Translations under genes and position numbers: made by a program
In this document: positions 61,141 to 64,000 of the stretch, in pieces
Position numbering within the stretch: position 1 is the stretch's first letter
Layout of the letters: each line of letters opens with the position of its first letter
Notes under the pieces: model-generated
The model's database searches: none
Told to the model about the DNA's origin: nothing
The model's input: only the letters and a program-made list of their open reading frames with translations
Origin: Callorhinchus milii
Taxonomy: Eukaryota
Direction of reading: 5' to 3'
DNA: 64,000 nt
Assembly (NCBI RefSeq): GCF_018977255.1
Contig: NW_024704742.1
Coordinates: forward strand, 99,884,001-99,948,000

Positions 61141-62432
61141 ATCCTTGACCCATTACAGCTATCCAGCTACCGGCCCATCTCCCACCTCCCTGTTCTGTCT
61201 AAGGTCCTTGAGAGAGCCGTCACCTCTCAGCTTCATTCTTTCCTCTCCTCCCACCCACTCCATGAGCGCCTTCAATCGGGTTTCCGTGCTGCCCACAGCA
61301 TGGAAACTGCTCTGGTCAAGGTCACAAATGACACCCTGAACACGTGCAACCAGGGCTCCCTCTGCCTCCTCGTCCTCTTCCACCTCTCTACCACCTTTGA
61401 TACTGTGGACCACTCAATCCTCCTCCACAGCCTTTCCTCCCAACTCAATCCTCAAGGTTCTGTCCTTGACTGGTTCAGGTCCTACCTTTCACACCACCCC
61501 CACTTCGTCTCTGCAAACGGCTTCTCCTCCAGCCCCTGCACCGTTTCATGTGGTGTTCCTCAGGGCTTGTCCTCGGTCCCCTGCTCTTCACCCTCTACAT
61601 GCTCCCCCTTGGTGACATCACGTCAGCAAGACTGAGGCCCTCCACCTCGGGTACTGACAGCATCAGCCTCTACGGCTGCATACTCAACCTCACTAAGCCT
61701 GTCAGGAACCTGAACTGTCCTTTCTCCCCCACATACGTGCCATGACCGGCATTGCCTACCACCATCTCCGCAACATTGCCAGACTCCGCCACTGCCTCAC
61801 CCCTCAGGCTGCCGAAAACTGCACCCACACATTCGTCACATCAAGGCTCGATTATGGAAACTCCCTCCTCATCGGCCTTCCCAACTCTTCCCTTCACAAG
61901 CTGCAGATCATCCAAAACTCTGCAGCTCGTGTACACTCGCGCACCAGGCTCCGTGACCCCATCACTCCCACCCTCGCCCGACTCCACTGGCTCCCCATCC
62001 CCCGGAGGATCAAAATCAAGATCCTCATCCTCACTTTCAAGCCCATCCATGGCCTTGCCCCTCCTACCTCTCTGACCTGCTGACTCCCTACCAACCTGCC
62101 CGCTTCCTCCATTCAGCGGGCTCCGGCCTGCTCCATGTCTCTCGCCTGACCCGCCCTACCATCGTGGTCAGGCTTTTAGCCACTCTGCCCCCACACTCTG
62201 GCACTCCATCCCACAGTCCCTTCGCCTTGCTTCTTCCCTTGCCTACTTCAAGGCCGGTCTCAAGACCCTCCTCTTCGATCGTGCCTTCAATCGCCTTCCC
62301 ACCTCTCTGCCTTCCCTCACCCCTACCCCACCCGTCCTCCATCCTCGGGTCCTGATCCCTGAGTGTCCAGCGCCTTGGGACATCTGCCCGACATGAAAGG
62401 AGCTCTATAAATGTAATTTTGTTGTTGTTGTT
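61140..62432 (+). mobile_element. 5'-truncated L2 with the YADD segment deleted
   Basis: YRPISHLP, QSGFR, HSMETAL, GVPQG; jump ggtgacatca|cgtcagcaagac; C-terminus and tail present. Confidence 0.95.
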
Positions 62433-62834
62433 CTATACTTGAAGTGCTTTGAGACATCTCAATGACATGATAAGGCGCTAAGTCAAATGCAAGGATTATT
62501 ATTATTATTATTTATGCCTTCAGCCACTACACTCTGAACCTGGTGAAGTCCCTGCTATCATTCCTCCACATTGCCCTCTCTTTACCCATCTTCAAATCAC
62601 ATCTGGAGACTTTCCTCTTCGACTGTGCCTAGTCACTTCCTCCCTGTCTCAGTGTTAAACTCCATCATTGTTCAGCAATCTTAGACGCTATCCCGGCCGA
62701 AGGATGCTATATAAGTGCAAGTTAATGTTGTTTTTCCCAGCTTGGTGCTGAACTACCTAACATCGTTTACAACACAAAACTCACTGGGTATGTACAGTAG
62801 TTCTTAAAAGATATAAACCTCATCTGAGTACATA

Positions 62835-62938
62835 CTTACAGAAATTGAAAATTAATCACTGTATTTAAGAATTTGCAAACTGTGGATGCTCTGAAATGTT
62901 ACTTTAATAGAGTAGATCTAGATCCAGATGGAATACAT
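62835..62938. mobile_element. Right arm of the palindromic MITE-like family
   Basis: atttaagaatttgcaaactgtggatgctctgaaatgttactttaatagagtagatctagatccagatggaat matches 17419-17490. Confidence 0.7.
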
Positions 62939-63329
62939 AATCTACATTGTTTTTTTTGCTTGAGTGATGGGACAAGCAACAAGAAATTACATTTACTTAG
63001 CGCCTTTCACATAGGGAGGAAGCTGGAGGCTAGTTAGCTACCTAATTGGCAAGCCTGCCTGCCTGGGTTTTCCTGGTACTCCAATCCAGTTTAACCTTAG
63101 GGAGACCCCACATATCCCTTCCCCTTTATCAACGCAATAAGAGTGATGGGCTAAATGGATCCATTGTGATTTGCTCCCACAACCTTTTGGTGTCAAGTCG
63201 GTTTCTCATCCACCTGAGCTACCCAGCATGTTTCAAAATACAAACCTCAATGGGAACAAGGGCCACCGATATCACTATAACCACTCATTTCCAAATCTGC
63301 TCCCTCTGCTCCTCCATCAGAAGTTCCAG

Positions 63330-63930
63330 TCACAGCTTTCCTGTCCTCTGAATCTCTCTTTTTCAAATACTTCTCTCACTCCTAAATGCCACTCTCTGAT
63401 CTCGTCATCCTTACCTTTAGTCTTAATTTATCCACCTCTTGCTAATTGTCCCTCACTCCCCATTATCAAACCGTTGAAAAGTTATTTTACGTGAAGAGCA
63501 TTACACAAGTGAATGATATTGCTGCTCAATGCAACAACCTCTTATGTAAATGGGACGCCTGAATGGCAGTCCTTCAACATGTAAAAACCTCTTGTGTACC
63601 TGGATCACTGGGTACAACACACCTTTCAGCACACAGATCTCACGGTGTAACTTTCTCAAGACTCACTACAGCTCATTTCACTCTATTCCCTTCTTTTCAG
63701 TAAAGCACTCTGACACTCTGGTGACGTCACAATTGTTCATAGTTATCACCCGATTGTCCTCTGCCCCTCTCGCAATGCCAGACCAATGCATCACTCTTCG
63801 ATTCATTTCCTTACCTCATACTAATCTCAGCAATATTATGTTAACCACAGGAGAACAAGTTCCAAGTCAGTTATGTTTAGTGCCCAGAGTATTGTTTCAG
63901 TATCTACTTTATGTTGCTGATTTATTTTGG
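63330..63930 (-). mobile_element. Highly decayed CR1-like fragment
   Basis: Pyrimidine-rich antisense CR1-like motifs (ctattcccttc..taaagcac, ccaatgcatcactc); weak. Confidence 0.4.
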
Positions 63931-64000
63931 TCATTTAATCTGCACAGTGAATCCAACTTTCATATTGTTTGTTCTTCCTTGACTTAAAAGCAGCAGTTTC

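Overview
Eukaryotic, repeat-rich vertebrate DNA with no prokaryotic features. The repeat set (L2 and CR1 LINEs, Deu-domain SINEs resembling SacSINE1, a young tRNA-derived SINE, a Penelope-type terminal fragment) points to a cartilaginous fish, probably a holocephalan; this is inferred from recalled family sequences, not from a search. I cannot support any intact host protein-coding gene. The window looks like a large intron or gene desert, and nearly all long ORFs in the track are L2, CR1 or Gypsy remnants or their shadow frames. Main contents: (1) a 3.4-kb L2 (22647-26022, minus) with APE and RT domains and a 10-bp target-site duplication (TSD), plus many truncated or internally deleted L2 copies in two 3'-tail types; (2) about ten young tRNA/Deu-type SINE copies, including a shared-deletion subfamily; (3) two decayed Ty3/Gypsy pol relics; (4) many CR1 fragments; (5) a dispersed ~240-bp palindromic MITE-like family and an unrelated ~240-bp hairpin; (6) a minimal hammerhead-ribozyme motif of Penelope type inside a SINE copy; (7) a candidate 27-nt microexon with textbook splice signals in unique sequence. 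No single novel system can be established from the sequence alone; the best leads are items 5-7 and the recurrent insertion of retroposons into SINE 3' tails. Boundaries of old repeats are approximate (about 20-50 bp).
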